From contig JBDZWC010000063.1 in assembly GCA_040256005.1 (NCBI GenBank), positions 1 to 17,086 of the forward strand: a stretch of DNA of 17,086 bases, written 5' to 3'. The notes beneath the pieces were generated by a model that saw only the letters and a program-made list of their open reading frames with translations, had not been told where the DNA came from and ran no database searches. Below are positions 9,478 through 17,086 of this stretch, piece after piece. A program made the translations under genes and the position numbers. The DNA is from Deinococcaceae bacterium. Lineage in GTDB: Bacteria > Deinococcota > Deinococci > Deinococcales > Trueperaceae. Position 1 is the stretch's first letter, and every line of letters starts with the position of its first letter.

Positions 9478-9795
9478 TCAGCCCTCCTCGGCATGGGCCC
9501 GCAGGCGCTCCAGCGCCCGGTCCCAACCGGCCGAGATGCGCGCGAGGAACTCGCTCGCTTCCGCCAGCTGCTCGCCGCGCAGCTCGTACACGGTCTGGCG
9601 TCCTGCCTCCGTGCGGGAGACTATGCCGGCCTCATGCAGCACCGCGAGATGCTTGGTCACGGCTTGGCGGCTCACGCCCATGCCGCTCGTGAGTTGGGAG
9701 ACGTTCAGGCGCGAGCCGCGTCCTAGGCGGCGCACCAGCGACAGGCGGGTGGGGTCGCCCAGAGCCGCGAACGTGGTCACGGCGTCGACGCTCAC
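9478..9795 (-). CDS. ArsR/SmtB-family HTH transcriptional regulator
   Basis: FAALGDPTRL, VSRQAVTKHLAVLHEAGIV, GRQTVY. GTG start 3 nt after the SRPBCC stop. No Cys residues. Confidence 0.93.
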   Translation of the reverse strand: MSVDAVTTFAALGDPTRLSLVRRLGRGSRLNVSQLTSGMGVSRQAVTKHLAVLHEAGIVSRTEAGRQTVYELRGEQLAEASEFLARISAGWDRALERLRAHAEEG

Positions 9796-9798
9796 GCT

Positions 9799-10272
9799 CT
9801 ACGCCCCGAGGTGGGCGGCGATGCGCTGCGCCTGGATCTCCCAGCCCTGCGCGTTCTCCCGCATGGAGGCGGCGCGCCTCTCCTCGTCTATGGCCTCGAA
9901 GCCGGACTCCGTGATCGTGAGGCGAGTCCCCTCTGGCACCGGCTCGAGCTCGAACGTGACCAGCGTGGTGGGCTCGCCCTCGTAGCTCCGGGCGTGCGGG
10001 TCCCTGGGGTGCGGCCACCTGAAGGCGAAACGGTGCGGTGCGTCCATCGTGACGACGGTGGACGACCACAGGTAGTACTCGAAGCCGGGCTCGAGCATGC
10101 CGCCCGTCTGTGTGCGCCCCACCTCGAACGGCTGGTCGATGCGGGCCTTGAACCACGCGCCGAACTCGCGGTGGTCCGTGAGCGCGCGCCACACCCTCTC
10201 CACGGGCGCGTGCAGCACGACGGTCCTGACCACGCTCTGCGTCCCCTCGTGCTGAGACGGTCTCTCCGACAT
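9799..10272 (-). CDS. SRPBCC / AHSA1-like ligand-binding protein
   Basis: APVERVWRALTDHREFGAWF, RFAFRWP, TLVTFELEPVPEGTRLTITESGF, ENAQGWE. ATG 10272 is preceded by GGGAGG. Confidence 0.92.
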   Translation of the reverse strand: MSERPSQHEGTQSVVRTVVLHAPVERVWRALTDHREFGAWFKARIDQPFEVGRTQTGGMLEPGFEYYLWSSTVVTMDAPHRFAFRWPHPRDPHARSYEGEPTTLVTFELEPVPEGTRLTITESGFEAIDEERRAASMRENAQGWEIQAQRIAAHLGA

Positions 10273-10274
10273 TG

Positions 10275-10319
10275 GCAACCTCCCGGTTGCATATTAGACG
10301 TCTAAGCTATCAGGAGCAA
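10275..10319 (-). promoter_or_regulatory. Promoter and operator region of the SRPBCC-ArsR operon
   Basis: Minus strand TTGCTC (10319-10314), 17 nt, TAATAT (10296-10291). Inverted repeat GCAACC-N4-GGTTGC at 10275-10290 and palindrome TTAGACGTCTAA at 10294-10305. Confidence 0.7.
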
Positions 10320-10356
10320 GCCTGCCGGCTGCGGCGCAGAGGTCGCTGCTCTACCG

Positions 10357-12204
10357 CTATGGTCCGGAGCTGCCGCGAGCGGCGCTCAGGACCGACAGGA
10401 AGCGCTCGCCGTAGCGCTCCAGCTTGGCGGCACCGACGCCGGAGACGAGCGCGAGCTCCGACCTGCCGGCGGGCATGGTAGCGACCATCTCGCGCAGCGT
10501 CCTGTCGTGGAAGACGACGTATGGCGGCACACCTTGCTCCTTGGCGATCTGGGCGCGCAACGCACGTAGCTCCTGGAACAGGTCCTCAGCCGCGGCGGAC
10601 ACGGTGGCGGTCGGTGCGGCGCCCCTCCCCCGACCGGTGCGTGCCGCCCGGCGCCGGAGCCTGTCGCGACGCATGACGACCTCGACGTCGCCGCGGAGCA
10701 CGGCGCCCGCCCCGGGCCCCAGCCGGAGACCACCGAAACCGTCCGGGTCGGGCACCAGGTGGCCGTTGGCGAGCAGCTGCCTCACCACGGAACGCCAGCC
10801 CGCGAGGTCCAGCTCCGTGCCGATCCCGAACGTCGAGAGGCCGTCGTGGCGCAGGCTCCTGATCCTGTCGGTCTCCTTGCCGAGCAGCACGTCGATGAGG
10901 TGCCCGGCGCCGAAGCGCTGGCCGGTCCTCACCGCCGTCGAGAGCAGCTTCTGGGCTGCGACCGTGCCGTCGAACGTCTCCACCGGCTCGAGGCAGGTGT
11001 CGCAGTTGCCGCACGGTCGCGCTAGCTCCTCGCCGAAGTAGGCGAGCAGGGCCTGGCGCCGGCACCCGGGCGTCTCGCAGTACGCCAGTAGCGCTTCGAG
11101 CCGCTGCCGCTCGGATCGCTTGTGCATCTCGTCGCCGCCACCGCCGTCGAGCAGACGCGTGATCTGCACCACGTCCTGCAGGCCGTAGGTCATGAAGGCC
11201 TCGGCCGGCTCGCCATCGCGGCCCGCTCGGCCCGTCTCCTGGTAGTAGCCCTCCAGGCTCTTGGGCAGGTCCAGATGCGCGACGAACCTCACGTCCGGTT
11301 TGTCGATCCCCATGCCGAACGCGACGGTCGCCACCATCACGAGCCCGTCTTCGCGCAGGAAGCGCTCCTGCCTCTCTCGGCGCTCCTCGACCTCGAGCCC
11401 GGCGTGGTAGGCCAGAGCGTCGACCCCGCGGGAGCGCAGCCACGCGGCCGTGGCGTCGACGCCCTTGCGAGAGAGGCAGTAGACGATGCCGGGTTCGCCC
11501 TCATGGCCGTCCCGGTAGAAGTCCAGGAACTGCGCCTTGGCCTCGGTCTTCTCCACTACCCGGTAGCGGATGTTCGGCCTGTCGAAGCTGGCCACGAACC
11601 GCTTGGCGCCCTCCAGCCGCAGGCGCGCGGCGATCTCCTCGCGCGTGCGACCGTCGGCCGTGGCGGTGAGCGCGATGCGCCGCACGCCGGGGTAGCGCTC
11701 GGCCAGCATCCCGAGCCGGATGTACTCGGGCCTGAAGTCGTGGCCCCACTGGGAAACGCAGTGCGCCTCGTCGATCGCGAACAGGCTCAGCCGGTCGCGG
11801 GAGCGCAGGTCGTCGAGCAGCACCAGGAAGGGGTCGGTGAGCAGTCGCTCGGGCGCCACGTACAAGAGGTCGAGGCGGCCGCCCAGCGCGTCCCGCCGCA
11901 CGGCGCCGGCCTCCTCCGGCCGGAGCGTGCTGTTGAGGAACGCCGCGCGCACCCCGAGAACCTCCAGGGCCGTCACCTGGTCCTGCATCAGGGCGATGAG
12001 CGGGGAGACCACGACGGTAAGGCCCGGTAGGAGCAGGGCCGGCACCTGGTAGCACAGCGACTTGCCTCCGCCCGTCGGCATGAGCACCAGGGCGTCGTCG
12101 CCGGCCATCACGGCGTCGATGACCGCCGCCTGATGGCCCTTGAAGGCGTCGAAGCCGAATACCGTGCGCAGCACGTCGAGCGGGCCCGCGTAACGCCGCT
12201 TCAC
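10357..12204 (-). CDS. recQ: ATP-dependent DNA helicase RecQ (helicase + RQC + single HRDC)
   Basis: [60 protein letters not shown], Zn site CRR...[23 protein letters not shown]...[14 protein letters not shown] start. Confidence 0.97.
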   Translation of the reverse strand: MKRRYAGPLDVLRTVFGFDAFKGHQAAVIDAVMAGDDALVLMPTGGGKSLCYQVPALLLPGLTVVVSPLIALMQDQVTALEVLGVRAAFLNSTLRPEEAGAVRRDALGGRLDLLYVAPERLLTDPFLVLLDDLRSRDRLSLFAIDEAHCVSQWGHDFRPEYIRLGMLAERYPGVRRIALTATADGRTREEIAARLRLEGAKRFVASFDRPNIRYRVVEKTEAKAQFLDFYRDGHEGEPGIVYCLSRKGVDATAAWLRSRGVDALAYHAGLEVEERRERQERFLREDGLVMVATVAFGMGIDKPDVRFVAHLDLPKSLEGYYQETGRAGRDGEPAEAFMTYGLQDVVQITRLLDGGGGDEMHKRSERQRLEALLAYCETPGCRRQALLAYFGEELARPCGNCDTCLEPVETFDGTVAAQKLLSTAVRTGQRFGAGHLIDVLLGKETDRIRSLRHDGLSTFGIGTELDLAGWRSVVRQLLANGHLVPDPDGFGGLRLGPGAGAVLRGDVEVVMRRDRLRRRAARTGRGRGAAPTATVSAAAEDLFQELRALRAQIAKEQGVPPYVVFHDRTLREMVATMPAGRSELALVSGVGAAKLERYGERFLSVLSAARGSSGP

Positions 12205-12253
12205 GTCAGGCCGTGCCCCAAGCGGCCGTGCGCCGGATCGCCCGCGCCGCCCC

Positions 12254-13492
12254 TCAGCTCACCCACTCGCCGCGGCGCATCAGCGGCTCGACCTCGCCCG
12301 CCGCCAGCTCGCCGTCCACGTCCAGCTGATCGGAGCCGATCATGAAGTCGACGTGCGTGAGGGAGTCGTTGAGGCCCGCAGCCCGCCTCTGCTCGGCGTC
12401 CATGCCGGCGCCGCCTTCGACGGTGACGGCGTACGCCCGGCCCAACGCGATGTGACAGGCGGCGTTCTCGTCGAACAGCGTCTCGTAGAACAGGACCCCC
12501 ATGCGCGCGATGCAGCTCGAGGCGGGCACCAACGCGACCTCGCCAAGGCGTCTGGCGCCCTCGTCGGCCGCGAGGATGTTGTCCAGCGCCTCCTGCCCCA
12601 CCCCGGCCACGGCCTTCACGACCGCCCCGTCCTCGAACGTGAGCTCGAAGTCGTCGATGACGTTGCCGTTGTACGCCAGCGGCTTGCTGGCCCGAACCAC
12701 GCCGTCGACCTTCTCGCGGTGCGGCGCCGTGAAGACCTCTTCGGTGGGCATGTTGGCGACGAACGAGACGCCGTCGGGCGTGCACGAAGAGCCGCCGTCC
12801 CACACGTGGCCGTCGGCGAGACCGACCCTGAGGTCCGTGCCGGGGGCGCGGAAGCGCAGCGCCGCGTAGCGCTTGACGTTGAGGCGGCTCTTGGCTGCCA
12901 GGAGCAGGTCCAAGTGCGCCCGCCACGCCGCCACCGGGTCTTCCTCGTCCAACCTGACCGCCCGGAAGATCAGCTCCCACAGCCTGGCGACGGCCCGCTC
13001 CTCGTCCAGGTCGGGGAACACCCTCCTGGCCCAGGCGGGTGACGCGGCGGCTGCCACGGACCAGGCGATACCGTCGCGCATGGCGATGTCGTAGTAGGGC
13101 TTGAGCAGAGGGCGCCAGGACCTCAGGTACGTCGCCATGCGCCGCGGGTCGGTGCCCGCGAGGTTGCCGGGGTCGTCCGCGTCTATGGCGAGCGACGCGG
13201 CGCCCTCGTTGGCGAGCCGGATCATGGCCTCGGCGGTCTGCGCCGGCACGATGTCGAACGAGCCGTCGGGAGCGTGCTTGAAGCGGGACCGAGTGACGCG
13301 CTCGTCGGACCACATCACCTCGACGTACGGGCTGCCCATCTTGTAGGCGGCCTCCACGACCAGGCGGGTGAGTTCGACGGCCTCGGTCGAGGTGCGCACC
13401 ATCAGCTTCTGGCCTGGCTGCAGGTTGACGCCGACCTTCAGCAGAAGGTCCGCGTAGCGCCGCAACCGGCTCTCGTGTCGGGTCTTGTCCAC
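12254..13492 (-). CDS. Aminopeptidase, M29 family (AmpT/AmpS/PepS-like)
   Basis: [56 protein letters not shown]. Start moved to GTG 13492 (412 aa) because TGT-TACCAT lies 6 nt upstream. Confidence 0.95.
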   Translation of the reverse strand: MDKTRHESRLRRYADLLLKVGVNLQPGQKLMVRTSTEAVELTRLVVEAAYKMGSPYVEVMWSDERVTRSRFKHAPDGSFDIVPAQTAEAMIRLANEGAASLAIDADDPGNLAGTDPRRMATYLRSWRPLLKPYYDIAMRDGIAWSVAAAASPAWARRVFPDLDEERAVARLWELIFRAVRLDEEDPVAAWRAHLDLLLAAKSRLNVKRYAALRFRAPGTDLRVGLADGHVWDGGSSCTPDGVSFVANMPTEEVFTAPHREKVDGVVRASKPLAYNGNVIDDFELTFEDGAVVKAVAGVGQEALDNILAADEGARRLGEVALVPASSCIARMGVLFYETLFDENAACHIALGRAYAVTVEGGAGMDAEQRRAAGLNDSLTHVDFMIGSDQLDVDGELAAGEVEPLMRRGEWVS

Positions 13493-13498
13493 CGGCGC

Positions 13499-13543
13499 AT
13501 GGTAACAGCCCAAGGTGGAACCGCCCGCTGTGGGCGGTATCAT
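13499..13543. promoter_or_regulatory. Back-to-back divergent promoters (aminopeptidase and rib operon)
   Basis: Minus strand TGT-TACCAT at 13507-13499; plus strand TATCAT at 13538-13543. Confidence 0.55.
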
Positions 13544-13593
13544 CGCCTAGGGACGGCGAGCCGTCCCGCGGGCCATGGCGGCCCCACAACCAG

Positions 13594-13730
13594 ATCCTTC
13601 GGGGCAGGGTGAGATTCCCGACCGGCGGTGTTCGGCTGCGTTCCCAGGCAGCCGTCAGTCCGCGAAGCCTGTCAGGCCCGAACCGGTGCGACTCCGGTAC
13701 CGACGGTGACAGTCCGGATGAGAGAAGGAG
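13594..13730 (+). ncRNA. FMN riboswitch (RFN element)
   Basis: Conserved blocks TCCTTCGGGGCAGGGTGAGATTCCCGACCGGCGGT, AGTCCGCGA, CCGGTGCGACTCCGGTACCGACGGTGACAGTCCGGATGAGAGAAGGA. P1 is TCCTTC (13595-13600) with GAAGGA (13724-13729). Directly upstream of ribD. Confidence 0.97.
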
Positions 13731-13765
13731 GCTTGCGACGGGTCGCCCACGGCGACCCCGGAAAC

Positions 13766-14917
13766 ATGTCGGTACCAGTTGACAACGGCGGACGGGCCTC
13801 GCGCAGGGCCGGCGCCAAACACATGCGTAGGGCGCTCGAGCTGGCGGCCAGGGGACGGGGACGGACGTCCCCGAACCCGCTCGTGGGATGCGTGATCGTC
13901 GACGAGGCTGGGGTGGTGGTCGGCGAGGGTTGGCATCCCTACGCCGGCGGGCCCCACGCCGAGGCCGCGGCGCTGGCCGCCGCCGGCACCGCGGCCAGGG
14001 GCGCCACGGCCTACGTGAACCTCGAGCCCTGCGACCACCACGGCAGGACGCCGCCCTGCACCGAGGCGCTCATCGCGGCAGGCGTGCGGTCCGTGGTCGT
14101 CGCCCATCTGGATCCGGACGAGCGGGTGTCTGGTCGCGGCGCCAAGCGTCTCGAGGAGGCCGGCCTCGCGGTGCGCGTCGGCCTGCTTGCGCGCGAGGCC
14201 GAGCGCCTCAACGAGGCCTACCTGACCTCCCAACGGCTCGGCCGGCCCCACGTGCTGTACAAGACGGCCGCTTCGCTCGACGGCAAGATCGCCACACGCA
14301 CCGGAGCCTCGCGGTGGCTCACCGGTGAGGCCGCGCGTACCCGGGTGCACGAGTGGCGCGACGAGGTGGACGCCGTGGCCGTGGGCGTCACTACCGTGTT
14401 GCTCGATGACCCGGCCCTCACGACGCGTTTGCCGGGCGGCAAGACGCCCATCAAGGTCGTCTTCGACAGCCGCTTGCAGACGCCGCCGACGGCGCGGCTC
14501 TTCGATCCGGACCCAGCAGGCGTGCCGGCCCGGGTCGTCGTCTACACCACCGCGGAGGCGCCGGCAGCCAGGGCGGCTGCGCTCGAGGGCCGGGGCGCCG
14601 CGGTGGTGCGGGTCGCCTCAGAGGCGGGCAGGCCGAGCGTCGCGGCGGCGTTGCGCGACCTGAACGGTAGGTCCGTGCGGAGCCTGCTCCTCGAGGGCGG
14701 CGGCACCCTGGCCTGGGCGTTCCTGGCCGCGCGGTCGATAGACAGGGTCGCCTGGTTCGTGGCCCCGAAGCTGCTGGGCGGTCAGGCACCCGGCCCGCTG
14801 TCCGGGGCCGGCGTGGAGACGCTGCAGGAGGCCTGGCTCATCGAGGAGACCACTTGCGAGAAGATCGGCGACGACCTGCTGGTGCGGGGGCGCGTCGCGT
14901 ACCCGGAGGTAGCCTGA
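13766..14917 (+). CDS. ribD: Bifunctional diaminohydroxyphosphoribosylaminopyrimidine deaminase / reductase
   Basis: TSPNPLVGCVIV, HAE, NLEPCDHHGRTPPC, ASLDGKIA, LLEGGGTLA. The track start at 13628 lies inside the riboswitch; ATG 13766 was chosen, with 13823 as an alternative. Confidence 0.95.
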   Translation: MSVPVDNGGRASRRAGAKHMRRALELAARGRGRTSPNPLVGCVIVDEAGVVVGEGWHPYAGGPHAEAAALAAAGTAARGATAYVNLEPCDHHGRTPPCTEALIAAGVRSVVVAHLDPDERVSGRGAKRLEEAGLAVRVGLLAREAERLNEAYLTSQRLGRPHVLYKTAASLDGKIATRTGASRWLTGEAARTRVHEWRDEVDAVAVGVTTVLLDDPALTTRLPGGKTPIKVVFDSRLQTPPTARLFDPDPAGVPARVVVYTTAEAPAARAAALEGRGAAVVRVASEAGRPSVAAALRDLNGRSVRSLLLEGGGTLAWAFLAARSIDRVAWFVAPKLLGGQAPGPLSGAGVETLQEAWLIEETTCEKIGDDLLVRGRVAYPEVA

Positions 14918-15567
14918 TGTTCACAGGCATAGTCGAAGAGGTCGGCTCCGTGGCCCAGGTCCACAAGTTGGACTCCGGCGCGCTGGGGCTCACGGTCTCG
15001 GCCAGCATCCCGTTCGTCAACGCGCTCCATGTGGGCGACTCGGTCTCCGTATCGGGCTGCTGCCTCACTGTGGTGGAGCGAGCCACCGTCTCGGGCGGTA
15101 CCTTCCGCGTCGAGCTGATCGAGGAGACGCTGAGCCGCACGGCCCCGAAGTGGACGCCCGGCTCCGACGTGAACCTCGAGCAGGCGATGAGGGCTGGAGG
15201 GGCGTTAGGGGGTCACGTCGTCACGGGGCACGTCGATGGAGTCGCCGAGGTCGTGGCGGTCGACATCACGCCCGGCGCGAGCGTGATCCGCTTCCGAGCG
15301 CCGGCCGCGCTGGCCGCTCAGTTGGTACCGAAGGGCAGCGTGACCGTCGACGGCGTCAGCCTCACCCTGGTCGACGTGGGTGGTCCCGGCGGCTCCCGGC
15401 CGGACTGGCCGCCGGCGGACTTCTCGGTCGCGCTGATCCCGCACACCCTGGCGGTCACGACCCTCGGGGCGCTGCGGTCCGGCGACAGCGTCAACGTGGA
15501 GACGGACGTCATCGCCAAGCATGTGGAGCGGATCTTGGCCCTGAGGGAGGCCGGTCATGCAGGGTGA
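14917..15567 (+). CDS. ribE: Riboflavin synthase (alpha chain; called ribC in E. coli)
   Basis: Begins MFTGIVEEVG at ATG 14917, overlapping the ribD stop (TGATG). Contains GDSVSVSGCCLTV, LGGHVVTGHVD, KGSVTVDGVSLT, LIPHT and VNVETD. Confidence 0.96.
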   Translation: MFTGIVEEVGSVAQVHKLDSGALGLTVSASIPFVNALHVGDSVSVSGCCLTVVERATVSGGTFRVELIEETLSRTAPKWTPGSDVNLEQAMRAGGALGGHVVTGHVDGVAEVVAVDITPGASVIRFRAPAALAAQLVPKGSVTVDGVSLTLVDVGGPGGSRPDWPPADFSVALIPHTLAVTTLGALRSGDSVNVETDVIAKHVERILALREAGHAG

Positions 15568-16795
15568 CGGCCGTGGCGGCTTCGCGAGCGTGGACGGCCG
15601 TGGCGGCTTCGCGACCGTGGACGAACTCGTCGCCGAGCTCGCCAGGGGCCGACCCGTCGTGCTCGTCGACGACGAGGACAGGGAGAACGAGGGCGACCTG
15701 GTGCTGGCGGCTCAGGCGGTATCGGCCGAGAAGCTGGCGTTCATGATCCGTCACACGGGCGGCGTGGTCTGCCTCGCCATGACGAACGAGATGGCCGACC
15801 GGCTCGACCTGCCGCCCATGGTCAGGCACAACACGGCGAGCCGCGAGACCGCTTTCACCGTCTCCATCGAGGCTCGCGCCGGCGTGACCACCGGCATCTC
15901 CGCCCAGGACAGGGCGACCACGATCCGCGCGGCGATCGCGGACGACGCGGGACCCGAGGACCTGGCGCGACCGGGCCACGTCTTCCCTCTGCGTGCCCGC
16001 GACGGCGGCGTCCTGCGGCGCGCCGGTCACACGGAAGCGGCCGTTGACCTGTGCCGCCTGGCGGGCTACAAGCCGGCGGCGGCCATCTCCGAGCTGATGC
16101 ACGACGACGGCACGATGATGCGGCTGCCGGATATCCGGGCGTTCGCCGACCAGCACGGCCTCCTCGTGGGGTCGATCGCGGACCTCATCGCCTACCGGCT
16201 GGCTCGCGAGGGCACGGTCAAGCACGTCGCCTCGGCCGAGCTGCCCACCGAGTACGGGCCGTTCCGCATCCACGGCTACGTCGACGAGCTGCGCGGCGAC
16301 GAGCATGTGGCTCTGACCCTCGGCGACGTGTCCGGCGGACAGCCCGTCCTGGTCCGCATGCACTCGGAGTGCCTCACCGGCGACGCCCTTCACTCGCTGC
16401 GCTGTGATTGCGGGTTCCAGCGCGACGCGGCGCTGGCCGCCATCGCCCGTGAGGGACGCGGCGTCCTGGTCTACCTCCGCCAGGAGGGGCGCGGGATAGG
16501 GCTCCTGAACAAGATCAAGGCGTACGCGATGCAGGACGAGGGCTCTGACACGGTGGAAGCGAACGAGAGGCTGGGCTTCGGGCCCGACCTGCGGGACTAC
16601 GGCGTGGGCGCGCAGGTGCTGGTGCACCTGGGGGTGCGGCGCCTACGGCTGCTGACCAACAACCCGAGGAAGATCGCCGCGCTGGCCGGCTTCGGCCTCG
16701 AGGTCACGGAACGCGTGCCGCTGAAGATCTCGCCCAACCCCTACAACGAGCGCTACCTGAGGGCCAAGGCGGACAAGCTGGGCCACCTGCTCTGA
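15557..16795 (+). CDS. ribBA: Bifunctional 3,4-dihydroxy-2-butanone-4-phosphate synthase / GTP cyclohydrolase II
   Basis: [76 protein letters not shown] upstream; overlaps the ribE end. Confidence 0.97.
   Translation: MQGDGRGGFASVDGRGGFATVDELVAELARGRPVVLVDDEDRENEGDLVLAAQAVSAEKLAFMIRHTGGVVCLAMTNEMADRLDLPPMVRHNTASRETAFTVSIEARAGVTTGISAQDRATTIRAAIADDAGPEDLARPGHVFPLRARDGGVLRRAGHTEAAVDLCRLAGYKPAAAISELMHDDGTMMRLPDIRAFADQHGLLVGSIADLIAYRLAREGTVKHVASAELPTEYGPFRIHGYVDELRGDEHVALTLGDVSGGQPVLVRMHSECLTGDALHSLRCDCGFQRDAALAAIAREGRGVLVYLRQEGRGIGLLNKIKAYAMQDEGSDTVEANERLGFGPDLRDYGVGAQVLVHLGVRRLRLLTNNPRKIAALAGFGLEVTERVPLKISPNPYNERYLRAKADKLGHLL
15566..15623 (+). repeat. 27-bp in-frame tandem duplication at the 5' end of ribBA
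   Basis: GACGGCCGTGGCGGCTTCGCGAGCGTG (15566-15592) and GACGGCCGTGGCGGCTTCGCGACCGTG (15593-15619), 26/27 identical, followed by a partial GACG. Confidence 0.95.
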
Positions 16796-16893
16796 GAGGC
16801 GCGCGAGCTCATCGGCCGCAGCCGAGGCCCGCCGGTGCCGTGCTGGGTCGTCCCGGTGCGTACCCGGGGAGCGGCCCGCGGCTACCGTCAGGC

Positions 16894-17086
16894 GTGGCGC
16901 TGTTCCGCGACAGGCTGCAGGCAGGCGAGGAGCTGGCGAAGGCCCTGGAGCGCTACGCCGGCCGTCCCGGCCTCATCGTGCTGGGCCTGCCGCGCGGTGG
17001 CGTGCCGGTGGCGCGCGTCGTAGCCGACGTGCTGGGCGCGCCTCTCGACGTGCTCGTCGTGCGCAAGCTGGGTGTCCCCGGCCATG
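16894..17086 (+). CDS. Phosphoribosyltransferase-family protein, N-terminal part (runs off the right edge)
   Basis: Not in the ORF track. From GTG 16894: [64 protein letters not shown], with the [15 protein letters not shown] and VRKLG.PG motifs typical of this family. TACCGT lies 5 nt upstream. Confidence 0.9.
   Translation, partial: MALFRDRLQAGEELAKALERYAGRPGLIVLGLPRGGVPVARVVADVLGAPLDVLVVRKLGVPGH

Noticed and set aside
10357..12204. RecQ as part of a defence system or with multiple HRDC domains
   Set aside because: Standard RecQ with one HRDC domain and housekeeping neighbours.
12201..13589. 462-aa minus-strand ORF
   Set aside because: Off-frame shadow of the aminopeptidase gene.
13628..13765. 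Extended RibD N-terminus from the ORF track
   Set aside because: Runs through the FMN aptamer, so the start is not credible.
15566..15623. CRISPR-like repeat
   Set aside because: Only two adjacent copies, no spacers, in frame within ribBA, and no cas genes.
16888..17085. 65-aa minus-strand ORF and the 16835-17023 plus-strand ORF
   Set aside because: Both overlap the clearly recognisable PRTase frame starting at 16894.

Overview
GC-rich bacterial chromosomal window. The Thermus-type ProRS and MetRS, the AmpT-type aminopeptidase and repeated leaderless-gene geometry suggest Deinococcota, possibly Trueperaceae-like (inference). Gene order: truncated hypothetical CDS (-), proS (-), ParB/Srx-like + DUF4032-like + tandem USP fusion (-), FrnE-like DsbA oxidoreductase (+), metG (+), papain-family (C1A) lipoprotein with Ig/PKD-like tail (-), ArsR regulator (-), SRPBCC protein (-), recQ (-), M29 aminopeptidase (-), FMN riboswitch with ribD-ribE-ribBA (+), and the start of a phosphoribosyltransferase (+). 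I see no mobile element, CRISPR array, tRNA or rRNA. The most interesting signal is the metG 5' leader. An extended -10 promoter precedes a probably leaderless 13-codon uORF with tandem Met codons (MARRMMHQGPVSG), overlapped by mutually exclusive antiterminator and terminator hairpins. This is a candidate Met-tRNA-sensing ribosome-mediated attenuator. All calls were made by eye, with no database searches.
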